From NCBI GenBank assembly GCA_041640595.1, contig JBEPZY010000004.1:194373-258372 (forward strand): a stretch of 64,000 nt of DNA, given 5' to 3'. The notes under the pieces are model-generated. The model saw nothing but the letters and a program-made list of their open reading frames with translations. It searched no databases and was not told the DNA's origin. The number at the start of each line of letters is the position of its first letter. Position 1 is the first letter of the stretch. Positions 18,763 through 27,877 of this stretch are shown here, in pieces. A program made the position numbers and the translations under genes. The stretch is from Gemmatales bacterium (lineage in GTDB: Bacteria; Planctomycetota; Planctomycetia; Gemmatales; HRBIN36).

Positions 18763-21504
18763 TCATTTCCAGCCTTGCTCTGCTAAGCGCTGTCGAATAG
18801 TGTCGTGTACGGGTGGGTGGTCGTCAATGTTGTTATGAGTCACTCCGCTATCCTTTACCTCAATGTTTATGGTGCTGTTATCGTCAGGAGACAATTTATT
18901 GGTGGGAAGACCAATACTAACTCGGTCTGGACTGTTTTGCTGGTAAAGATTCACATGTATCTTGCTTGCGGGTCTTTGTCGTAGGGGAATAAATATTGGT
19001 TTCCTTAGCAGATCCATGGACCAGGCATCAACATATGCCGTGAAGCTTACCCCGATTTTGTTTTCGTCGAGCTGTTGCTCTTTAATCCACTTGGAGATAT
19101 TCGTTGTGAATTCTAATACGCTGCTCCCGCCTACACAATAACCCAGCGCCGCTAACTTTTGTACACCGCGTTTCTCGACCCCTACCTTCGCCTCAGCCGA
19201 GGCTGCTCTCTCGTCGCTATGCTTAAAGAGATATACGTCATAGCCACTTTTGTAAAGTTCATAACCAAGCTGGTACATTCCATCGCCTTTCCCGATCGGC
19301 CACGCTGGTTTGTCGTAAGCAAAACCGCCGAAAACAAATACCATGCCTTGCAAACCGAAGAATTCAATGCTATAAGTACTGACCACGTTGCCACCAACCA
19401 GGGCCTCGAAGGTCAAGACCGTCTTGTTTCCCCCAGCCGCCTGGTCAGGTGGTCGCATCCATTCCACCCATATCGTCATCTTGCCGGAATCCGCCCCTAC
19501 CGGAAAACCTACAACGTTCTCTAACAGCGCACCGGCAAACCCTCCTCCCGGAGCTACTATCGGGCCAAGCACCGCAGTAGCTGCAGGGGTTTTGTCAGGG
19601 CCGTACAGCCAGACACGTATATTATCATTATCCACCCGTAGCCGATAAGTAACCACCCCGGCAGGTGGTGGCTGGCGGTTTTGGTCGCCAAACTTGAAAT
19701 CGAGTACTACCTTAACCAGGTCATTCTCATTAGCCACGTTATTATCCCAGCGGTCATGAATACCATCGTTATCGTCATCGTCATTATTCCACCGCACCCC
19801 GACACGGACCTTGCCATCCTGCTCGGGCTGCACCTGGGTTTCCTCGAATATATTATGCTTTGGCCGGTAACCTGTCATGTACACGACTGGCCCTCCCGCA
19901 GGGGGTTCAGCCACCATCTGGTCGCGCACTAATTCGACCCTCTTTATTTCGCTGGCAGTAATGCCATCGCGCACGCGGTAGTAAAACCAATCTCGATTTT
20001 GCCCCGACGAATCAGGGTTGGGAGTATAGACAACATACCGGCCCCAGCTTTCTAGCTGCCCCTGATAAGGCCCAGCGACAATTTCCACCTGCAGCGGATC
20101 ACCGTCCGGATCGTAAGCCCCTTCGCATCCACAACCAGGGTCATCGCAAATCAACGACAGCGTAACTGGCATCTGATCGGGTACATGTATGGTCATATCG
20201 CGGGCAACCGGCGGCGTGTTAGTTATATAGATGCGAATGGTCGCCGCGAGGCTTTCCGCCACACCATCACTTACCGTGTAAGTGAACGAATCACCGCCCA
20301 CTGTTCGACTATGCGGTGTATAGACAAACTCACCATTGTTCAAAATAAGCACACGGGCTCCCGAAGGCAGACTCACCTCCTCTCCCACCTCGACAACACT
20401 GTCATTGATTCGGGCTATCCAGAAATTATCCCCGTCCGGGTCGTAAGCGGCTACTTGCTGGCGAAGTTCGCGATCATGCAGCACCGAATAATCCGCCTCC
20501 ATCGCGTATGGCCCATTATTATACACCTCAATCCTGACCGTGGCGGGCTCACTCGCCGCTATGCCATCCGACCAGGTATAGGTGAAGCTATCCGGGCCGA
20601 CATAATGCGTGTTCGGGTTGTAGGTGAAAGTGCCGTCGGGATTGAGTGTTAGTGTGCCGTTGGTTGGGCCAGAGACTAGTTGCGCGGTGATTGGGTCGCC
20701 ATCGGGATCGTAGCCGTAGAGCTCGCCGACTAACTCGCGGTCGTGCAATACGCTGAAGCTGGCGTCGTAGGCATACGGGGTGTTGTTATAAACATCTATC
20801 ACGACAGTGGCCGCGTTCCCAGAGGTTAGGCCATCCGACCAGGTGTAGGTGAAGCTATCCGGGCCAACATAGTGCGTGTTCGGCGTATAGGTGAAGGTGC
20901 CGTCAGGATGGAACGTTAGTGAACCGTTAGTGGGGCCGGAGACGAGTTGCGCGGTGATAGCGTCGCCGTCGGGATCGTAGCCGTAGAGCTGGCCGACCAA
21001 CTCGCGGTCGTGCAATACGCTGAAGCTGGCGTCGTAGGCATACGGGGCGTTGTTATACACATCTATCGTGACAGAGGCCGTGCTGCCGGTGGTCAAGCCA
21101 TCAGACCATGTATAGGTGAAACTGTCGGAACCGACGTAGTTCTCATTAGGTGTATAGGTGAAAGTGCCGTCGGGATTGAGTGTTAGTGTGCCGTTGGTGG
21201 GGCCGGAGACCAGCTGCGCTGTAATCGCATCGCCATCGGGATCGTAGCCGTACACGCAGCCGGTCAGTTCGCGGTCGTGCAGCACGCCGAAGCTATCACT
21301 GCATGCGTAATTGAGCAATGCATCATGCTTGCCCAACCTGATCTCGTCGAGTGCAAAGTCTATTTTGCGTTTGTGGGACGCTTTCAGAAACCGAAAGGTA
21401 ACCTGGCCGGGTGCTACATAGGGACGCCGTTCGTCTATACCTAGAACGAGTTGACCAAACATTACTAACCGAGATTGCATGAACAGTTTTCGCATTGCTG
21501 TCAT
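18763..21504 (-). CDS. Big_9/cadherin-like tandem-repeat protein with a C-terminal alpha/beta-hydrolase domain, probably an N-truncated cassette
   Basis: About 5 YDPDGD Ig-like repeats, the first three near-identical with a 267-nt period (20741, 21008, 21275); Asp-rich NNDDDDNDG motif; LGYCVGG, AYVDA and THNNID; stalk homology starts abruptly near 21297. Confidence 0.85.
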   Translation of the reverse strand: MTAMRKLFMQSRLVMFGQLVLGIDERRPYVAPGQVTFRFLKASHKRKIDFALDEIRLGKHDALLNYACSDSFGVLHDRELTGCVYGYDPDGDAITAQLVSGPTNGTLTLNPDGTFTYTPNENYVGSDSFTYTWSDGLTTGSTASVTIDVYNNAPYAYDASFSVLHDRELVGQLYGYDPDGDAITAQLVSGPTNGSLTFHPDGTFTYTPNTHYVGPDSFTYTWSDGLTSGNAATVVIDVYNNTPYAYDASFSVLHDRELVGELYGYDPDGDPITAQLVSGPTNGTLTLNPDGTFTYNPNTHYVGPDSFTYTWSDGIAASEPATVRIEVYNNGPYAMEADYSVLHDRELRQQVAAYDPDGDNFWIARINDSVVEVGEEVSLPSGARVLILNNGEFVYTPHSRTVGGDSFTYTVSDGVAESLAATIRIYITNTPPVARDMTIHVPDQMPVTLSLICDDPGCGCEGAYDPDGDPLQVEIVAGPYQGQLESWGRYVVYTPNPDSSGQNRDWFYYRVRDGITASEIKRVELVRDQMVAEPPAGGPVVYMTGYRPKHNIFEETQVQPEQDGKVRVGVRWNNDDDDNDGIHDRWDNNVANENDLVKVVLDFKFGDQNRQPPPAGVVTYRLRVDNDNIRVWLYGPDKTPAATAVLGPIVAPGGGFAGALLENVVGFPVGADSGKMTIWVEWMRPPDQAAGGNKTVLTFEALVGGNVVSTYSIEFFGLQGMVFVFGGFAYDKPAWPIGKGDGMYQLGYELYKSGYDVYLFKHSDERAASAEAKVGVEKRGVQKLAALGYCVGGSSVLEFTTNISKWIKEQQLDENKIGVSFTAYVDAWSMDLLRKPIFIPLRQRPASKIHVNLYQQNSPDRVSIGLPTNKLSPDDNSTINIEVKDSGVTHNNIDDHPPVHDTIRQRLAEQGWK

Positions 21505-21555
21505 ATGGGTTGGAATTCAGTTGTTAGATGTCTGCCCGTTATGTTTCGCCCCAGA

Positions 21556-21975
21556 TTATCGAGGGACCGCTTTGTAAAGGAAATATTTTTCTGCCTTGGT
21601 ACGCACGAAATAAAGATCCATTTCCTTGGTTCGAACAAGATGACAATCTGATGGCAGCTTCGTATATGCCTCGAAAGTTAGATCGTGCTTAGCCAGCAAC
21701 TCCCGTAGTTTTGCGCCGTAGCTCAGGGAAACCAGCGCGTTCTCCCGAGACCATTTCTCCTCGTCCTTGACAATTTCCATCAATTTAGAATAGCTCCTGT
21801 ATAATTCTGCAGGAAGGATATGCTCTGGTCCAACCTTCTTGACCTCGATTTGCTCCGCATGAGCCTTATGATTGGCGATGTAACAGACGGGCAAAAGTAA
21901 GGCACTACCAAGGAAGACCAGAAAGACGCCTGGCAGATTGTATGCAATGGGCAAGGGGTGAGGCTCGAATCGCAT
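21556..21975 (-). CDS. Small secreted/membrane-anchored protein, candidate immunity protein
   Basis: 139 aa, AGAGGAG RBS, one N-terminal hydrophobic segment. Confidence 0.65.
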   Translation of the reverse strand: MRFEPHPLPIAYNLPGVFLVFLGSALLLPVCYIANHKAHAEQIEVKKVGPEHILPAELYRSYSKLMEIVKDEEKWSRENALVSLSYGAKLRELLAKHDLTFEAYTKLPSDCHLVRTKEMDLYFVRTKAEKYFLYKAVPR

Positions 21976-22021
21976 GAGTGCTTCTCCTCTGGTTTATCAC
22001 ACGAGTTGGGCCATCGTTTAC

Positions 22022-23779
22022 TTATTGATTTTCCAAGTACGAATGGCCATACAGCCAATACTTCCACCCACTCGGGGTTGCCAAGAAGACAAGACGAAAC
22101 TCGTGTACCCGACTTTTGAGAGTCACTAGACAAACGTCCGGATTATAGTGCGTAATGGCTTCCATAGTCGCAGAGCTAAGGTTGCTAATAGCGGAGCGAA
22201 AGGTTCGCACCTCAGGGTACGAATCTACTCCGAAAATACTCAGGCGGGACAAGGTCACCTTGTCGTCAGCAATCACTGCATCGGCAAACTCCGCTAGAGT
22301 CGTGACCAAATCTACCATGCCCTGCCAGCGACCCTGCGATGTGCGTTGCCAGTGATCCTTCGGCAAACCTTGGGGTAGACGCGGGCCAGCCGGGCCCACT
22401 GGACGGTTGTACACTAAGTGGCACGGAGTGCTAAGTAGCGATACGGACGTAACTTGCGGTTGGCTGTTATTTTGGCAGTAACGCTCTATATCGCTTGATA
22501 ACGCCGTTTGGTGCTGCGCTTTTTGCTGCGCCTGGATTTTTGCGCTCGGAATTGTCGCAATTGCATTGTCTTGCTCGGCAGCTGCGGGTATTGCCGTCGG
22601 TTGGCGTTGCAGGGTAGCGGTTCCGGTTGGCAGTTGCTCGGCCGTACCAGGCTGCCCGCTGACGCCTGCCGCTTTCCGGAAGTGTTCGTCCGTTACGGAA
22701 CGGTAAAACTGGTCGGCAATCGCTTGGCTATGGCCCAGCCAGGCCGCGCAAGTATGCGAGGGGAAAATATCGGCCAGCTCGGTCGCCCGTGTAGCTCGCA
22801 TGTTCTGAAACGGTTTCGGCCAGGGTTGAACGCCTGCCAGTAGGCAGTAGCGGTTCAGTTGGGTTCGCAGGTTGGCATCCGGCTTGTAGCGAGTAATCAC
22901 TTGGTCGGGTGCGCCTTCCGGCAGTTGGTGCCATAGTTCCTCTAAGTATGGCCGTACCTCGGCAAAAATGGGAATAATCCGGACGCCTTGGTCGGGATGG
23001 TGTGCGGTTTTTGGCGAACGGATAATCATCCGATGATTGGCCCAGTCTATATCCGACCAGCGTAGTGTGGCGATTTCCGACGGAATGCGTAATCCTGCCC
23101 AGCGTGCCAGCGCCACAATCAGCCGAAACTGGGGGCAGGGAATTACGTCCAAAACTTTCCTAACTTCGTCCGCAGGAATCAATTTCCGACGGCCAGGATC
23201 GCCTTGGACGGTCAGTCCCTTGATATGCTCAAAAGGATTGCTGGCAATGTAACCGCGTCGGCAGGCTGCGCGGAAAAACTCCTTGATTAGCCGCGTCCAT
23301 TTATTCGCCGTTGCTTTGGCTCGGCCTCGGAGTAATTCAGCCCGAATACGGTCGGCATCCGCTGGGCTAATTCGGTCTAGCGGTGTATTCGGGTCAACCG
23401 AACGGAGTAACCAACGGGCAGCTTGCCGCAAAATGATATGTGTGGACGGCTTGACCTCGGCAGCCCGCAATTGTAAGTGCTCGGCAATAAACTCGCCCAG
23501 AGTCGGTGTCCGTTGACGCTGGCGCGGTTCCGCTAAGTCCCAGGCTTCCAATTTCCTGTAGATGCGTTCCGGCAGGCTGTCCAGCCATTTTGCAGTTGCT
23601 AATGGCAAAGGCGTTGCCGTAGTTTTGGCCGCAACCAGTTCGCGCACGTGTAGGGCGATATGCTCGGCAGTCTTACGGTCTCTGACGCCAGGCAACCGCA
23701 ACGCTCGCCGGATGCCGTGATGATCGAAAAAGTCAATCCGGTAGATGCCGCTTTTTGGGTCTTTCAATATACTGGCCAT
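22022..23779 (-). CDS. Tyrosine recombinase/integrase; the ORF reads through the att site into host sequence below ~22390
   Basis: GLRIPSE (R), SPKT (K), FQNMR, WLGHS and QFY catalytic pattern; GGAGGA RBS. Confidence 0.9.
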   Translation of the reverse strand: MASILKDPKSGIYRIDFFDHHGIRRALRLPGVRDRKTAEHIALHVRELVAAKTTATPLPLATAKWLDSLPERIYRKLEAWDLAEPRQRQRTPTLGEFIAEHLQLRAAEVKPSTHIILRQAARWLLRSVDPNTPLDRISPADADRIRAELLRGRAKATANKWTRLIKEFFRAACRRGYIASNPFEHIKGLTVQGDPGRRKLIPADEVRKVLDVIPCPQFRLIVALARWAGLRIPSEIATLRWSDIDWANHRMIIRSPKTAHHPDQGVRIIPIFAEVRPYLEELWHQLPEGAPDQVITRYKPDANLRTQLNRYCLLAGVQPWPKPFQNMRATRATELADIFPSHTCAAWLGHSQAIADQFYRSVTDEHFRKAAGVSGQPGTAEQLPTGTATLQRQPTAIPAAAEQDNAIATIPSAKIQAQQKAQHQTALSSDIERYCQNNSQPQVTSVSLLSTPCHLVYNRPVGPAGPRLPQGLPKDHWQRTSQGRWQGMVDLVTTLAEFADAVIADDKVTLSRLSIFGVDSYPEVRTFRSAISNLSSATMEAITHYNPDVCLVTLKSRVHEFRLVFLATPSGWKYWLYGHSYLENQ

Positions 23780-24037
23780 AGCAATCCTCCATCTGAGCCA
23801 GGCTTGCCCAGCGTCGGTGCTGGTAGGTCTGGCTCGCCTTTTGTATGCCGTTCAGCTGCCGTTCAATATGCGCGGTTCGGTTAGCTTCGTCCAGTTGGTC
23901 GCCGGATATAGCAACGTCTGGCCGATTGCTGGTCGCTTGCGGTGCGTTGCCGCATGGCTTCCCGTTGCCGATGGTCGGTCTGGGAATAGGTAGCGGTGCG
24001 GCTTGCTTTCTGGCCAGCTCTGCGCCAGGGAAGGCGA

Positions 24038-24748
24038 TTAGCGTTTTAGCTTCAAAATCCGCTCTGCTTCGTCGCGTGAATAGCCTCGCGCCACGAATGC
24101 ATCCACGAGTTTGGTTGCGTGTTCTGATACTGCGCGCTCAATCGGCACTGACCCGGTAGGTTGCCCGGTCTGTTTCAGTTGAATTTGTTTTTGCATAACT
24201 GATGCGCATGCGAAACGCCCAGTCACTGGCGGAAAAAATGATTGCGAATACGTGAACCGCGAATGCGCAAAACCAATCAGGATTCGGATAGGATCATAAT
24301 TCCTTGTCGGCGGCGAATAATGCCGCTCGAATTTCGTGTAATTGTGCTTGTTGTCGCCTCGCGTTACTATAACCGGCCCGTGTGCAATTGCTGCAGCAAA
24401 CTCACAAACTGCCTCGAACGGAAGCAATAAAACGCATGGCGCCCAGTCGCCGTGTTCCTGCATGGCAAAAATTGTACACGCAGCTGCCAACTGTGTTTTT
24501 TCGCGTAGCGCGGCGGCGATATCGTCGCGCAGCTGGCACCGGCAAAATGCATTGAACGGCCAGCCAGGCAAAAAGGCAAAGTTTGTTTGCGACCAACACA
24601 AAACTACGTTGCGATTGTGATAATGATACGTGTATCGAACGTACACAACGTCGCCGACTACATCGAATTGTTCTGCAACCTTTTCAAGTGGGGGCATCGC
24701 GTGCACGATGATTTGCTCGCCATTCCGCAAAGTTTTGTATGCTGTCAT
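24038..24748 (-). CDS. Hypothetical protein of the integrative element
   Basis: 236-aa ORF with GAGG RBS, co-oriented with int and xis. Confidence 0.55.
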   Translation of the reverse strand: MTAYKTLRNGEQIIVHAMPPLEKVAEQFDVVGDVVYVRYTYHYHNRNVVLCWSQTNFAFLPGWPFNAFCRCQLRDDIAAALREKTQLAAACTIFAMQEHGDWAPCVLLLPFEAVCEFAAAIAHGPVIVTRGDNKHNYTKFERHYSPPTRNYDPIRILIGFAHSRFTYSQSFFPPVTGRFACASVMQKQIQLKQTGQPTGSVPIERAVSEHATKLVDAFVARGYSRDEAERILKLKR

Positions 24749-24772
24749 TATTGCCTCGTTGTGTTAGTGCCC

Positions 24773-24864
24773 CATCTCATCTCATCTTCTTTCATCTAGA
24801 TGAGACGCTTAGAGCTTAGATGAGATGTTAACCATCTCATCTCATCTAGATGAGATGAGATGAG
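24773..24864. repeat. CATCT pentamer repeats with a perfect 30-bp palindrome
   Basis: 24833-24862 reads CATCTCATCTCATCT/AGATGAGATGAGATG; further half-sites at 24773-24827. Confidence 0.85.
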
Positions 24865-24889
24865 AGGCGGTATGGGGGAGAGAAGTGTA

Positions 24890-25099
24890 TCAATAATCGC
24901 TGTCGCGTTTTGTTTGCATTCGACGTAGCAGCCAGCCCTCAATCGTTTGCGCGTGAAAAACAACCCGTCGCCCTAGTCGCAGGTAGGGAATCTCTCCACG
25001 TCTCACAAGATTTCGCAAGTGCCCAACGCTGATTTTTAGACGCTGCGCTGTTTCGCGCATGTTCCATACAAGTGCAGCAATCTGCTCAGTGTGTTGCAT
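24890..25099 (-). CDS. Excisionase-like helix-turn-helix protein
   Basis: 69 aa: ETAQRLKISVGHLRNLVRRGEIPYLRLGRRVVF, an HTH_17-type pattern; AGGAG RBS. Confidence 0.9.
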   Translation of the reverse strand: MQHTEQIAALVWNMRETAQRLKISVGHLRNLVRRGEIPYLRLGRRVVFHAQTIEGWLLRRMQTKRDSDY

Positions 25100-25396
25100 C
25101 GTGTTGCTCCTTTTGCTTGTGTGTTCACTTAAACGTTGCGAGTTCAGATAATTTCCATGCTCAACCGACGTAACCTACGCCAGCAAAATCACTTGTGACA
25201 AATCGCGGCGTTCAGATGCGTTCACATACTGTGAAGAAGTTGTGAAGAAGCGTTCAGATGCGCGCATAGAGTTGGCCATACCTAGCTTGATAGTCGCATG
25301 GACAATCAACCGAAAACAAGGCCAACTCTAAGTTCCCGCTTAGGCAAAACCGGCCTAGCTAGTGCCCTACCTTGATTAGCAACGCCCAGTCAGCTG

Positions 25397-26308
25397 CTAA
25401 CTTTCGTCCCGTCTCGGTAGTTCGCAACTTTGCGCGCGTGCACGGTAACGCTCGGCTTGTTGCTGCTTAGTTGCTTCGCGCATGCCTTTGATGGCCGATG
25501 ACTGGGATACAGCGCTCTTAGCGCAAACCAGAAGCCCCGCGAGTGCCTCTATAGCGCCCGTCTGGTTCAACTGATGGGGGCGGATAAACTCAATCTCTAT
25601 AAGTTGCCTGATTGTCAGGTTGACGCATCTTGCGTGCGGGTTGATTTGTTTGGTTTCCTCATGCCGTAACAAAATATCAATCGCGCGCTGGAAGGTTTCT
25701 GTGGCATCCGGCTCGCGTTGCCAAATGGCCTCTATAAACTCGGAATCCTCAACCGCCTTCAGGTATTTCAGTAGCTTTTTGCCAGCCTCTTGCCTGTTGT
25801 CTGCATCTGAATCCCCAGCGCCGGGGTCTGCAACGGGGCGAGGTTCGCAGGACAAAATAGCGCTCCAGATTTCGGCACGGATTACCTTGTGCTTTCTAGT
25901 GTCGAGTTCAAGTTCAACGAGATATTTTGACGACACTTGCCAGGGCAGTATGCCTAATTCGCGCTCGCAAAGATATTGCTCACTTGCGAGTGCCTCTTTT
26001 ACCTTGTCCGCTAGTTGCTTGAACGTATAACCTCGGCTCTTGTGCCACTTTCTTAGCCGACTGCCAGAGAAGGCTGGTAAGTTCTTGTATCTATCGCAGT
26101 ACACTATCAGCGCGCTGGCCAGGTTTTGCAATGCTTCCCAGCTAAACCTATGCGAATCATTTGTGGGCTGTTTCCCGCGAAAAAGATTTTCTATCGCCTC
26201 AAGCGCGTTTTGCTTTGTCGCCCGGTCGCATAGGTTCGCATCGCTATACATCGCCACGCACAGGTACGTCCATTCGTATGAGAAGCGTCGTTTTTCCAGC
26301 CATCGCAA
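25397..26308 (-). CDS. Hypothetical protein with a possible Xre-like HTH segment
   Basis: 303-aa ORF; segment LRKWHKSRGYTFKQLADKV. Confidence 0.5.
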   Translation of the reverse strand: MRWLEKRRFSYEWTYLCVAMYSDANLCDRATKQNALEAIENLFRGKQPTNDSHRFSWEALQNLASALIVYCDRYKNLPAFSGSRLRKWHKSRGYTFKQLADKVKEALASEQYLCERELGILPWQVSSKYLVELELDTRKHKVIRAEIWSAILSCEPRPVADPGAGDSDADNRQEAGKKLLKYLKAVEDSEFIEAIWQREPDATETFQRAIDILLRHEETKQINPHARCVNLTIRQLIEIEFIRPHQLNQTGAIEALAGLLVCAKSAVSQSSAIKGMREATKQQQAERYRARAQSCELPRRDES

Positions 26309-27368
26309 GTTTTCTCGAATCTGACGTATCAGCGTACACGCAGCAGCGTATGTTTCCTTCGCCCGTTGCAGTATCCGCTCTCGGTCTGATGGTGGCGGAA
26401 GGCCAGTGCCATTTAGCCAGCTTTTTAGATCGGCCTCGGTGCAACCGATGCGGTTTGCGAAACTCTCTGTTTGAGGTACGTCGCCTCGAATAATTCCCGC
26501 AACTTTTTGACGAAATCGGCGTCCGATAACGCAGAGATTCCGAATTTCTGATGTTCAGGTTGCCAGGGGCTATCTTGGTCGCTATATTTAGCCATGCTTA
26601 GACTCCAGGCACGGCCACGATGCGAAATCTAGGTATTGGCGTCGTGGCCGCTGCTTTTTAGTTATGCGATAGGCACTAGGGGTCAAGTCTGCGAAACTTG
26701 AGTCGCTACCTAGAGCGCAGGTTTTCCGCTTCCAGTTGGCCAGGAAGCCTACCTCAGCCATCGGCGTTGTCCGCAATGGCTTCCTGCCGCTTGGCGGGGC
26801 ATCGGCCATTCGGTGCGCTGGCAGCCCGTAACCGGATAGGGGGGAAAAATTTTGCCGCTAGGCAGCCGTGTAACGTTCGCCCAGCCGCGCGTGCATTTTT
26901 GCGAAATTGGCCAATCAACACGGTGCACGTCGGCAACCGGTCTTGCTGCGGAGCGTGCGGCTTGCGGTTCGGCCAGGTCTCGGTGCATCGGCAACGTTGC
27001 ACGCTGGGCAACCGACCTCGGTGCGGATGCGGTGCGGTTCGCATCGGTTGAACGTCGGCAACCGGTCTTGCTGGGGAGCGTTCGCGTGCGGCTTGCGGTT
27101 CGCATCGGCCAGGTCTCGGTGCGGCTGCGGTGCTACGGCTTGTTTTTCCCGAAACTTTCCAGCAACCGTATCAGTAACTCGCGTTCGGTCTCGGATAGGG
27201 ATGCGATAATCCGCAGTGCCTCGGCCAATCGGTTGCCAGGTTCGGACGTTTGCGATTCGCCAGGATTGCCGCTTGCGGTATCCGGACGGTCTGGCTTGGC
27301 TTTTTCCCCGAAACTGCGGTTAAGTGCTGCGCTTTTTGCTGCGCCGGAATCGCCAACCTCGCATTTTC

Positions 27369-27845
27369 CTAGGAAATTTGCAGGATGTTCGAATCCTGCC
27401 GGCCTACCCAGTCGCACACACCAAGAGGATGCCGGCGATTTACATAGATTCTTTCGACCCGGTCCCATTCGCAACGGTTGCCAAGGCGACGCAGTTTTAG
27501 CACCACCTGGATTTCCCGGCCTTTATCCTCACTTACGTCTCTCCAGAAGCGAAGCTCGATCGCTTCCCGCCAGCTCTTATTGACCTGAATCGCTACCGAC
27601 ATCAGGGTAACAATCTTTTCTTCGGCCAAAGCGTCTTTCAACTCTTCAAGCTGTTCGACGTTCTTCTCTTTACGTCCGCCTCCCACTACTAATTCATGCA
27701 ACTGGCGACAATAGTCGAGGGCGGCTACTAAGTCCCAGTGAATTCCGGTCCGCTGACCGTCTCTGGGATCGTTATCCGCCTTTGGAGCTACTGAGCTTAC
27801 CAGGAGAGCTATTATCACTATTGCTAATGCTTTTACCGTCCGCAT
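27369..27845 (-). pseudogene. Secreted candidate immunity gene, 5' part, interrupted by the integrative element
   Basis: GGAGGT RBS, signal peptide; ends in GRQDSN, the antisense translation of a tRNA T-arm; probable 3' half at 22022-22390. Confidence 0.65.
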
Positions 27846-27877
27846 AGAGCACACCTCCCATCTAAAGGAAATACTGG

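Larger units (their letters stand above)
22385..27407 (-). mobile_element. ~5-kb integrative element (integrase, excisionase, hypotheticals) bounded by tRNA-like att half-sites
   Basis: Junctions CCAGCCGGGCCCAC (22386-22399) and GTTCGAATCCTGCCGGCCTAC (27387-27407); carries int and a xis-like HTH gene. Confidence 0.75.

Noticed and set aside
21300..21504. Genuine N-terminus of the 913-aa stalk protein
   Set aside because: No signal peptide or clear RBS, and stalk homology begins abruptly mid-repeat near 21297; probably fortuitous read-through.
22022..23779. Integrase acting as the shufflon/integron enzyme for the toxin cassettes
   Set aside because: It sits in its own xis-containing element with tRNA-like att ends that interrupts a cassette; no conserved inverted sites or attC hairpins flank the cassettes.
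26925..27132. Repeated GGCAACCGGTCTTGCTG...GGCCAGGTCTCGGTGC segments as an array or gene
   Set aside because: Irregular low-complexity duplications with no fixed period; the overlapping ORFs are unconvincing.
27385..27410. tRNA gene
   Set aside because: Only a T-loop and 3' acceptor-like stretch is present, with no D or anticodon arm; interpreted as an att site.
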